From NCBI GenBank assembly GCA_029555025.1, contig JAKPTZ010000115.1:24898-88897 (forward strand): DNA of 64,000 nucleotides, written 5' to 3'. Positions 1 through 8,177 of this stretch are shown here, one piece after another; position 1 is the first letter of the stretch; every line of letters starts with the position of its first letter. The notes beneath the pieces are model-generated. The model saw only the letters and a program-made list of their open reading frames with translations. It was not told where the DNA came from and ran no database searches. The translations under genes were made by a program, and so were the position numbers. Source of the stretch: Deltaproteobacteria bacterium (GTDB lineage Bacteria > Myxococcota_A > UBA9042 > DTJE01).

Positions 1-1432
1 CGTTATTCAGAACGTCAATCGTCACGATGGCGTCAATATCCAGGATTCTTGCCTGCGTGCGCCCACCAAGCCGGAGAGCGGCGATCGCCTTGAATTCCCG
101 GGCGAAGTCATCGAACTCGGTCATCTTCAGCGACAGTCCCGCGGCCATCGGGTGTCCACCGTTTCGAAGCAGCATTCGATCCAGTTCCGCAAGTGCCGCG
201 CCCAGGTCGAAACCCTCGACGCTTCGACCAGAACCGGTTGCGATGCCCCCGTCTATAGAAAGGACGATTGAAGGGACGCGGAACTCCTCGACCAGCCGCG
301 CGGCGACGATGCCGAGCACGCCGGGGTGCCATCCCTCACCAGCAGCCACGATGGCAAAAGAGTCTTCCGTTCGCTCCGAAAGGACAGCGCGGCGGGCTTC
401 CTCAAGAACCTGGGCGCCGACTTCACGTCGCAGTGAATTGTCAACGTTGAGCCTGTCGGCCCATGCGGCGGCCTCTCGGTCGTCGCCCGCGACCAGCAGG
501 CTGAGGCTGGTGTCGGGGTGGCTCATGCGCCCGGACGCGTTAAGTCGAGGGGCCATCCTGAAGCTGATGCTTCCGGAGGTGATCGGGCCCCGGATCTCGG
601 AAACCGACCTGAGGGCCGCGATACCCGGTCTTGGCGCCCCGTTCATGCGCTCCAGGCCGGCCCGGACAAGAATCCGGTTGTCCTGAAGAAGCGGCATGAC
701 GTCGGCGACGGTTCCGATTGCGACCAGATCAAGGAACTGCCGGATGTCGGGCCCCGGAGCCGCAAGCCGGCCAGTGTCGATCATGTGTCTGCGGAGCGCC
801 CCGCAGAAGTAGAACGATATCCCGACCGCGGCGAGATCCTTGAACGGGAACGGACAGTCGTGCCGATGAGGATCAACGACGGCAACCGCCCGGGGCAGGA
901 CGGTTCCCGGCATGTGGTGATCCAGGATGACCAGATCCATTCCCAGGGATCCGGCGAATTCAACCGCATCGACCGCCTTGATGCCGCAATCGACGCAGAT
1001 GACGAGCCTGGTTCCCGACGCCGCGAGTTCGGCCAGCCGTTCCGTGTTCAGTCCATATCCGTCGGCTTCCCGATCCGGAAGAAAGGTCCGGGCATCAAGG
1101 CCCAGTTCCGCCAGGAAAAGCTTAAGGAGCGCCGTCGAGGTCATTCCGTCGGCGTCGTAGTCGCCATATATGCAGGTCGATTCGCGCATGGCGATCGCCT
1201 GGGCCACGCGTGCCGCGGCCGCTTCCATGTCCTTGAACAGGAACGGGTTGTTCAGTCGGGACAGGGAAGGATCCAGGAACGCGGAAATTTCAGCGTCGGA
1301 AACCAGCCCCCTGGCAAGCACGATTGAGGCGAGCGTCGGTGAAAGCCCGAATTCCGATTGGAGGCGGCCGACGGCTTTGGAGTCCGGCCCGAAAAATCTC
1401 CAGGAGTGGCTGATTGCGGGCTCATCCGGCAT
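1..1432 (-). CDS. recJ: Single-stranded-DNA-specific exonuclease RecJ (C-terminus truncated by window start)
   Basis: The minus-strand translation from ATG at 1430-1432 reads MPDEPAISHSWRFFGPD... through the DHH motif DLVILDHHMPG and the DHHA1 motif RNGGHPMAAGL. The reading frame stays open to position 1. It was not in the ORF track because its stop lies outside the window. It sits in the conserved yajC-secD-secF-recJ neighbourhood. Confidence 0.8.
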   Translation of the reverse strand, partial: MPDEPAISHSWRFFGPDSKAVGRLQSEFGLSPTLASIVLARGLVSDAEISAFLDPSLSRLNNPFLFKDMEAAAARVAQAIAMRESTCIYGDYDADGMTSTALLKLFLAELGLDARTFLPDREADGYGLNTERLAELAASGTRLVICVDCGIKAVDAVEFAGSLGMDLVILDHHMPGTVLPRAVAVVDPHRHDCPFPFKDLAAVGISFYFCGALRRHMIDTGRLAAPGPDIRQFLDLVAIGTVADVMPLLQDNRILVRAGLERMNGAPRPGIAALRSVSEIRGPITSGSISFRMAPRLNASGRMSHPDTSLSLLVAGDDREAAAWADRLNVDNSLRREVGAQVLEEARRAVLSERTEDSFAIVAAGEGWHPGVLGIVAARLVEEFRVPSIVLSIDGGIATGSGRSVEGFDLGAALAELDRMLLRNGGHPMAAGLSLKMTEFDDFAREFKAIAALRLGGRTQARILDIDAIVTIDVLNN

Positions 1433-1467
1433 GGCCGGGATAGGTGGTGTTTCCCGCTCTATTGGCA

Positions 1468-2778
1468 TCAGACTTTTGCGGTGAGGCGGTTCCTGCGCAG
1501 GTACTTGTCGAGAACCAGCGTCAGCGGTGCCGCGACGAAGATCGATGAATACGTTCCAATCAGGATGCCCGTGAGCAGCACGAATGCGAAGTCGGAGGTC
1601 GTTCCGCCGCCCAGAAGCCAGATCGAAAGAACCGTAAGCAGGGTGGTTCCGGAGGTGATAATGGTTCTGGACAAGGTCTCGTTCAGTGCGACGTTGATAT
1701 GCGTCCTGAGGTCGTTGCCGCGACCCTTGCCGATGTTTTCACGGATTCGGTCATAAACGATGATGGTGTCGTTGATGTCGTAACCGATGAGTGTCAGCAG
1801 CGCCGCCACGATCGGCAGAGTGAACTTGACGCCGAAGACGATCATCAGGGCCATGACGATGATGACGTCGTGAACGATGCACAGGATCGCGCCCGGGGCG
1901 AATTTCATGTCGAAGCGGATCGCGATGTAGATGAGGATGCCGATGACGGCGTAGAACAGGGCCAGCATGGCGGTGTTGAACAGTTCGTGTCCGACGGACG
2001 GGCTCACCGATGCGGTCGATATGACGCTTACGAACTTGTCCCCGAACTCGGAAGCCATGCGATCCGAGACCATGTCCTTGATGGCCTGGACTTCAACGAT
2101 GAACCGCGAATCCGAAATGCCCGCAATCCTGCGGGTCGCGTCCGTCTCGACCTTTTCGGCCTCGGCCTTCATGTCGACGTCCGAAGACGAAAGAAGCAGA
2201 TCCTTTTCGCGAAGCATGTCGGCGCGGATCCGTTCCTCCTTGTCGGAAATGACGGAAACGTGCTCGTGGCCGTTGGCCGCGAAGACCTTGCCGATCTCGG
2301 TCATGGCGGCATCGCGTGGCCACTCGTTGTTCAGGTACAGGTAGAACTTGTCTCCAGCCTCGAAGGGCGACTCGACAACGGTGCCCTTGCCGAAATGCAT
2401 CTCAATCTTCTTCGACAGCGCCAGCTTGTCGGTGGGAGAAAGCAGGCTTGGCAGTTCGGTGAAGATCTGGAATTTGACAGTATCCGAAGAGCCGCCGGAA
2501 CCGACGTCGAAGTCCTGAACCTCGACCTGGCTGCCCTTGATGCTGGTGTTGCTCTGCACCAGTTCATCGACGACCTTCTTGATGGTGTCGCGGTCGATGT
2601 TGCCGTCGGCCTTGAACTCGGTGATGATCTTCGTTCCGCCCTTGAAGTCGATGCCCTGATCGAATCCGACACCGAAAATGATGCCGAGGGAGACGACCAC
2701 TGCAACGATGGATCCCGCGACGAAGTAGCGGGCAAGTCTCATGAAATCGATTTCGGAACCCGGTTTGATAAATTCCAT
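1468..2778 (-). CDS. secF: Protein translocase subunit SecF (long form with extended periplasmic domain)
   Basis: 436 aa. A C-terminal cluster of 6 TM helices carries SecF motifs (YDRIRE, TSGTTLLTV). It lies immediately downstream of secD. Confidence 0.88.
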   Translation of the reverse strand: MEFIKPGSEIDFMRLARYFVAGSIVAVVVSLGIIFGVGFDQGIDFKGGTKIITEFKADGNIDRDTIKKVVDELVQSNTSIKGSQVEVQDFDVGSGGSSDTVKFQIFTELPSLLSPTDKLALSKKIEMHFGKGTVVESPFEAGDKFYLYLNNEWPRDAAMTEIGKVFAANGHEHVSVISDKEERIRADMLREKDLLLSSSDVDMKAEAEKVETDATRRIAGISDSRFIVEVQAIKDMVSDRMASEFGDKFVSVISTASVSPSVGHELFNTAMLALFYAVIGILIYIAIRFDMKFAPGAILCIVHDVIIVMALMIVFGVKFTLPIVAALLTLIGYDINDTIIVYDRIRENIGKGRGNDLRTHINVALNETLSRTIITSGTTLLTVLSIWLLGGGTTSDFAFVLLTGILIGTYSSIFVAAPLTLVLDKYLRRNRLTAKV

Positions 2779-2793
2779 GCTATTGCTCCCGCC

Positions 2794-4647
2794 TTAGATG
2801 CCCGTTGAAATCTGACTGGGGCGGAACTTGTCCAGGTACCAGTCGTAAATAATGCGTGTCACGAACACCTGGGTCAGGAATGTGACAGCGATGCCGATGA
2901 GCAGCGTGACCGAGAATCCATAGACAGGTCCGCTCGAGAAGTTCAGAAGGATGACGCCGGCAATGGCCGTGGTGATGTTGCCGTCGAAAATTGCGGTGAA
3001 GGCACGGCTGTAGGCAGCCTCGACGACTGCCCGCGGGCCTTTGCCCAGGCGCATTTCCTCGCGCATGCGTTCCAGAATCAGGACGTTCGCGTCAACCGCC
3101 ATGCCGATGGTGAGCACGATACCGGCAAGACCGGGCATCGTGAGCGCGGCGTTGAAGCCGACCAGAATGGCGAGCGTGAAAAGGACGTTAAGAAGCAGTC
3201 CGATATCCGCGATGATTCCACCGGCGCGGTAGTAAACAACCATGAAGACGAAAACCGATATGATGCCGACGAGCAGCGCCACGATACCGGAATCGATAGT
3301 GTCCTGACCGAGGGAAGGTCCGACCTCGAAGTCGTGAACCTTGTGAACCGGGGCCTTGTAGGCTCCGTGCGTCAGAACGGTCACGAGAGACTGCGCGTCG
3401 GCGAGGATCTCGTTCGCCGCCCGGGCTCCGCCAAGCGAAATCCTGGCACGCCCGCCACCGATCTTTTCCTTGATCACCGGTGCCGAATTGACTTCCTCGT
3501 CAAGCATGATCGCCATGTACTCGCCGACGTTGGCCGCGGTGACCTGCTCGAACGCCTTTGCCCCCTGGCTGTCGAATTCGATGCTGACCGACGGCTCGCC
3601 TGTCGTTTCAAACTGAACCATGGCCTGGGTCAGGTGGTCGCCGGTGACGTCCGCCCGTGAAAACAGGTAATGGGTGCGGAAGAAGCGCCTGCGAACCTGA
3701 TTGCCGTCGCGATCCTCGACCAGTTCGTAACCGACCAGGTGATCGTCGTCAACGTGAAGCGTCTTGACGAACGAGATGAGCGCGTTTTTCGCGAGCGCGT
3801 CGCCCTTGCCCCTTGTCAGGCCGGCTTCGGCCGCCACGAAGAACTGGCCGGTGGTCGTATCCTGATCAAGTCGGAGCAGGTTGCCCTTCTCAGGGAACTT
3901 CTGCTGAAATTCGACCAGCTTCGCTGAATTGTTCTGGAAGAAGTTAACGGCCGTCTCGCTGCGATCGACGATGCGGAACGCCAGGCGCGCGGTCTGCCCG
4001 ATACGTTCCCTGACCGCGGTCAACTGGGTTCCCTTGACGCCGGGGAGCTGGATGTCGATATCCGTGTCCCCATTTTTTCGGACGTCCGGCTCGACCAGTC
4101 CGAATGCCTCGACGCGCTGGCGAATGACATCGACGGTCTGGTTGACGACTTCGTCCCGGATCTGGGCCACCCTCTGTTCCGACATCTTCAGAACGACGGC
4201 ATTTCCCGACGGAACCTGCCTGACCAGGTCGGGGCGGGCCTCGCGGACCATTTCGTTCGTAACGACATCGACGTCGTCTTCATTCGTGAAAGTGATCTGA
4301 AGGGAATCGAAATCGTAGCGTTCGACAGTGAAAAGCGCGGCGAGTTCGGCCTTCTGCTGATCCGTCAGGTTTTCCGCGTCCATTCCTTTTTCGGACGCCA
4401 GCCCTTCGGTGACCACCCCGGCAATCACGTCCCTGGCCCGCAGCATGTTGTCGCTGATGGCCTTCTTGTAATCGACGGTGTAGCGGAGTTCAAGGCCGCC
4501 CTGAAGGTCGAGACCGAAGGACAGGCTCTTCTTCAGAGGATTCCATGACGGATTAGAGTCGCCCAGCAGCGTCGGCGATATGTAAATCAACGCCAGCGTT
4601 GCCAGTGCTGCCACGAGGAGCAGCTTCCACATTTTCCACTTGTTCAT
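2794..4647 (-). CDS. secD: Protein translocase subunit SecD
   Basis: 617 aa. It has an N-terminal TM helix, a large periplasmic domain and a C-terminal 6-TM bundle typical of SecD. It follows yajC. Confidence 0.9.
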   Translation of the reverse strand: MNKWKMWKLLLVAALATLALIYISPTLLGDSNPSWNPLKKSLSFGLDLQGGLELRYTVDYKKAISDNMLRARDVIAGVVTEGLASEKGMDAENLTDQQKAELAALFTVERYDFDSLQITFTNEDDVDVVTNEMVREARPDLVRQVPSGNAVVLKMSEQRVAQIRDEVVNQTVDVIRQRVEAFGLVEPDVRKNGDTDIDIQLPGVKGTQLTAVRERIGQTARLAFRIVDRSETAVNFFQNNSAKLVEFQQKFPEKGNLLRLDQDTTTGQFFVAAEAGLTRGKGDALAKNALISFVKTLHVDDDHLVGYELVEDRDGNQVRRRFFRTHYLFSRADVTGDHLTQAMVQFETTGEPSVSIEFDSQGAKAFEQVTAANVGEYMAIMLDEEVNSAPVIKEKIGGGRARISLGGARAANEILADAQSLVTVLTHGAYKAPVHKVHDFEVGPSLGQDTIDSGIVALLVGIISVFVFMVVYYRAGGIIADIGLLLNVLFTLAILVGFNAALTMPGLAGIVLTIGMAVDANVLILERMREEMRLGKGPRAVVEAAYSRAFTAIFDGNITTAIAGVILLNFSSGPVYGFSVTLLIGIAVTFLTQVFVTRIIYDWYLDKFRPSQISTGI

Positions 4648-4706
4648 TCAGGACCCCCAGGCATACCGGTGGCTGGAAAGGCCACCGGGGGTGATCAACA
4701 AAGACA

Positions 4707-5105
4707 TCACTCCGGTTTATCGGTCTCGGCCGATTCCGTGAAGTGGCTGACAACCTGGTTCTTGACGATGCGGACGCGGACGTCCCTGGCCAGTTCCAGA
4801 GTCACGACGTCACCGGTCATGGTGACGATTCTTCCAATGAGACCTGCCGCAGTGACGACCTTGTCACCGTTCTTCAGCGAGGCAAGGAATTCTTCCTGCT
4901 TTTTCCGCTGCTTCTGCTGCGGGCGGATAATCAGCAGCCAGAATATCAGGATCATCACGCCGAAGAAAATCAGAGTCTGCCACCACTGGCCGCCCTGTCC
5001 ACCACCGAGAAGTCCACCCTGAGCCTGGGCGGGTTCGGCCGGTGCCGACGGGGTGGTTACCGGGGCCGTCTGGGCAACGCGCAAAACACTGGTAATGAAT
5101 GACAT
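4707..5105 (-). CDS. yajC: Preprotein translocase subunit YajC
   Basis: A small single-TM protein with a Q/G-rich N-terminus and the YajC core (GDKVVTAAGLIGRIV). It sits upstream of secD. I chose the start at the internal Met MSFITSV. Confidence 0.78.
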   Translation of the reverse strand: MSFITSVLRVAQTAPVTTPSAPAEPAQAQGGLLGGGQGGQWWQTLIFFGVMILIFWLLIIRPQQKQRKKQEEFLASLKNGDKVVTAAGLIGRIVTMTGDVVTLELARDVRVRIVKNQVVSHFTESAETDKPE

Positions 5106-5319
5106 GAAACCTCCGTCCACAAAACGGACGCAGTCTTGTAGCAGAAACATCTTGAATCGTCAATCACATATACTTTCGACACGACTTGACTTCCCAGGCC
5201 CGGGCGGATAGTTTTTGCGGCACGTGCCGACCGCGATCCGGATCGCTTCCGGGATTTGCCGGGACGCCCTTTGATGGCCTTCGGTTCCCATCCGCAACGG
5301 CCAGGAGGTTACAGACAGC

Positions 5320-5916
5320 ATGGAAACTGGTTGCCCGGAAAGGGAAGAAAAGGGTGAGCAGGGCTCGCCGGCCGTCCAGGCCAGGCTTTTCGACAACAGA
5401 ACCATTGTTTTCGGATCGGAGGTTTCTCCGAAAACGGCGACCGCCTTGATCGAGCAGTTGCTTGCGATGGATGCGGCCGATCCGGCCGCACCGATCACAC
5501 TGTTCCTCAACTCTCCGGGAGGCGAGGTCAATTCCGGTTTCGCCATCTACGACGTAATCCGGTTCATCCGCCCTCCGGTCAGGATAGTGTGTACCGGGCT
5601 TTCGGCCAGCATAGCGGCGATCATTCTGCTTGCCGCCAGGCCCGAGCACAGGCTTGCCATGGCGAACGCCAGGCTTTTGCTTCACCAGCCGCTTTACAGT
5701 GGCGATGTAATCGGTCCCGCATCGGATCTTGAAATAACCGCGAACGAGATTCTGAAGTCGCGCGCCCGGATCAATTCGATAATCGCGTCGGCAACCGGTC
5801 GCGACCCTGATCAGGTTGGCGAAGACACCCAGCGGGATTTCTGGTTGACGGCCCCGGAGGCCGTGGAATACGGACTCGTTTCAAGAATCGTGTCGAGTTT
5901 TTCCGAACTGGGCTGA
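5320..5916 (+). CDS. ClpP-family serine protease (orphan, no adjacent clpX)
   Basis: ClpP fold with a Ser/His/Asp triad candidate (GLSASIAA, LHQPL, Asp near the C-terminus). The N-terminus is atypical. Confidence 0.7.
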   Translation: METGCPEREEKGEQGSPAVQARLFDNRTIVFGSEVSPKTATALIEQLLAMDAADPAAPITLFLNSPGGEVNSGFAIYDVIRFIRPPVRIVCTGLSASIAAIILLAARPEHRLAMANARLLLHQPLYSGDVIGPASDLEITANEILKSRARINSIIASATGRDPDQVGEDTQRDFWLTAPEAVEYGLVSRIVSSFSELG

Positions 5917-5927
5917 CAGGCCCTGTT

Positions 5928-7280
5928 TCATCTGAAAAGTCCCAGCTTTCCAACAAGATTGGCAGCGACCTGCCTGCCCGGGACGAGCGGATGCGCCGTC
6001 AGCGCATCGATCGCCAGTTCGACCGCCCGCGCATTTTCGCCCCGCATCGCCGCGGTAACCGACTGGACGGCCAGCCTTTCGTATTCCTTGACCCTGACGG
6101 TCAGCGTAGCGTCGGCGGCCGGCATCCTGGCGTGTCGTCCAGGGATGATTCCGGCCGACCCAACGGTGCAGTCGGTTTCCACCACGTCATCGTCGTCCAG
6201 CTCCGGAATCGAGCCGCCATTCCGGACATTGAGCGCCATAAGCCGACCGTTCGTGGACGCCGACGACGCCAGGAGTTCCATCGCGACTTCGGCGTATCCG
6301 CCGATTTCCGTCTCAAGGTATTGAAGGGCCTCCGCCATGGTTGACGGCCCCGGCGTGCCGTGCCTGTGGCCCAGCGCATACGACATATACGTGTCGTTGC
6401 GGGAGAAGAGATATCTGGCGTAGTGGATGGTCTTTTCCCGCGATCCCATTCCGGGAAGGCTTTCAAGCAGTTCGGAGTTGCTTCGAAGAACGGCCTCGCC
6501 CCTGGTCAACGGTTCCGCGGCCATGGCTGCCAGGGCCTGATCCGCCCGAAGATAGTAGAAAAGATATTCGACCGGCACAGCCCCTGTCACGGCTGTCTCC
6601 TCCGCGTGCCAGGGGACTGTCCGTTCAAGAAACTCCCTGTCGGCCAGCGCCGCCGAAAGTATGTCCCGACCGCCGGCGGTAACCTTCCTGGTCCAGGACA
6701 GATGGTTCAATCCCCCGACTTCGAAGACAACGTCATGAAACGGGATCCCCGCCCATCCAGCGGCCTTCCTCGCCGCGCCCGTCGCCGAATCGCAGATGCC
6801 GACGGCCCTGTCGTGACCCTGATCGATCAGTGCCTGGGTCACCATGCCGGCCGGGTTCGTGAAGATGACCGGAAGGTACCCGGGGGCCAGCCTCTCGGCC
6901 AATTCGCAGTAACCCGTGACCGCCGGGATCGTCCTGGTCGCGAATGCGAGGCCCGCAGGCCCGGTCGTTTCCTGGCCAATGACTCCAAGGTCAAGGCAGG
7001 CCCTTTCATCAAGTGCCCGCTGCTTCTCGAAGCCGGGCCGAATCGTAAGGATCATGGCCTGGCAGCCTTCAATCGCGTCGCTCGCGCCGGAGGCGATCCG
7101 GAACGGCACGCTGGCGCCCAGGAACGCACACAGTTCAAGTCCGACCGGCATCAGCGCCTTGATGCGATCCGGACGTATGTCGAAAAGTGTTACCTCGTCG
7201 AAAGAGAAACCCGACCTGGCCACCGACGCCATCATCAGAGGAAGGCGGCTTGAGCCCGCACCGACGATACATAGTTTCAT
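5928..7280 (-). CDS. Glycoside hydrolase family 4 (NAD+/Mn2+-dependent glucosidase-like)
   Basis: An N-terminal Rossmann signature MKLCIVGAGSS, a GICD Cys motif and a GLNHLSW motif typical of GH4. I chose the start at ATG 7278-7280. Confidence 0.72.
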   Translation of the reverse strand: MKLCIVGAGSSRLPLMMASVARSGFSFDEVTLFDIRPDRIKALMPVGLELCAFLGASVPFRIASGASDAIEGCQAMILTIRPGFEKQRALDERACLDLGVIGQETTGPAGLAFATRTIPAVTGYCELAERLAPGYLPVIFTNPAGMVTQALIDQGHDRAVGICDSATGAARKAAGWAGIPFHDVVFEVGGLNHLSWTRKVTAGGRDILSAALADREFLERTVPWHAEETAVTGAVPVEYLFYYLRADQALAAMAAEPLTRGEAVLRSNSELLESLPGMGSREKTIHYARYLFSRNDTYMSYALGHRHGTPGPSTMAEALQYLETEIGGYAEVAMELLASSASTNGRLMALNVRNGGSIPELDDDDVVETDCTVGSAGIIPGRHARMPAADATLTVRVKEYERLAVQSVTAAMRGENARAVELAIDALTAHPLVPGRQVAANLVGKLGLFR

Positions 7281-7308
7281 TGGGTACTCCACCCCACGGG
7301 GTCGCAAA

Positions 7309-8175
7309 TCACCTGAAAAGCAGAAGCGGAGGGCCGTCGGGCGTAACCGTGATTCTGCTGCCGAAATCAACGGGAACCGCCGTTCGCCGGCCGTCAAGGT
7401 AAACCCCGGATCGAATCATGCGTGACTGCAAGACGATGCCTTCATCCCCCAGCATTCCGGAAACAAGCCGGTATCTGATCGAGTCCGGACGGCACCCGAA
7501 TGGTTCCCGGACAAGGTACTGCAGCCGGGTATCCTGCAGATCCTGAATCGAACCGCCCGCAGAGAGCATGGCGCCTGTTGAGCCGGCCGCCGTCGAGATC
7601 CAGACCCCCGAGCTCTTGTGGGTTTCGGACACCCCGGCCACCGTAATGACGTACCTGGATGTCGCCGACGGCACGACGTTGGCGAAAAGCACGTCGTTAA
7701 GGGCCGGCTGCGGGTGCCTTCTGCCGTCGATCGTGACGAAGGCGCGGGTCAGGCTTGCGGGCTGCTTCCGGTCGGAAAGGACAAGTTCCAGCAGCGACGG
7801 AAATCCTTCGGAGGTCGTGGCGCAGAAATGGCCGAAACTTGTCGATGGGGACGAGTTGACCGCCAGCAGCGGGGTGTTTCGGATGAACCTCGCGATGTCC
7901 AGGACGGTTCCGTCGCCGCCGACCGCAATCACGAGGTCGAATTTCTTCGACACGTTGTTTCTTCTGCGGGCGTGCGTGACTTCGATCCCGGCCTGCTCGA
8001 GTGTCCGCTTCACAACGGAAATCGTTTCAACAGTCTTGCGGTGTCCCGGTTCCTCGTCCGCCACCAGCGGATCCCCGGCATCAAGCAGCCGCTTCAGGGG
8101 CTGTGTCGCGTGCATGGATCTGCCCACGTCCATCAGCGTCGTCTTGGTGGCAAGCAGAACCCTTGAAATCTTCAT
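7309..8175 (-). CDS. nadK: NAD+ kinase
   Basis: GGDGT motif (VIAVGGDGTVL). The length and fold are consistent with NadK/PpnK. Its start codon lies 2 nt after the Lon-like gene stop. Confidence 0.8.
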   Translation of the reverse strand: MKISRVLLATKTTLMDVGRSMHATQPLKRLLDAGDPLVADEEPGHRKTVETISVVKRTLEQAGIEVTHARRRNNVSKKFDLVIAVGGDGTVLDIARFIRNTPLLAVNSSPSTSFGHFCATTSEGFPSLLELVLSDRKQPASLTRAFVTIDGRRHPQPALNDVLFANVVPSATSRYVITVAGVSETHKSSGVWISTAAGSTGAMLSAGGSIQDLQDTRLQYLVREPFGCRPDSIRYRLVSGMLGDEGIVLQSRMIRSGVYLDGRRTAVPVDFGSRITVTPDGPPLLLFR

Positions 8176-8177
8176 CG

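Noticed and set aside
27-1756. Plus-strand ORFs 27..686, 518..1327, 927..1160, 1170..1484 and 1358..1756, with Ser/Ala/Arg/Pro-rich translations
   Set aside because: They overlap the minus-strand recJ reading frame, which has clear DHH/DHHA1 motifs. Their composition is typical of out-of-frame translation of GC-rich coding DNA.
1699-2808. 369-aa plus-strand ORF antisense to secF, plus nested ORFs 1967..2344 and 2331..2735
   Set aside because: Asp/His/Arg-rich, low-complexity antisense artefacts. secF on the minus strand is well supported.
6360-7425. Plus-strand ORFs (297 aa and 169 aa) antisense to the GH4 gene
   Set aside because: No motifs and an Arg/Pro/Gly-rich composition. The GH4 frame on the minus strand has the Rossmann and NHLSW signatures.
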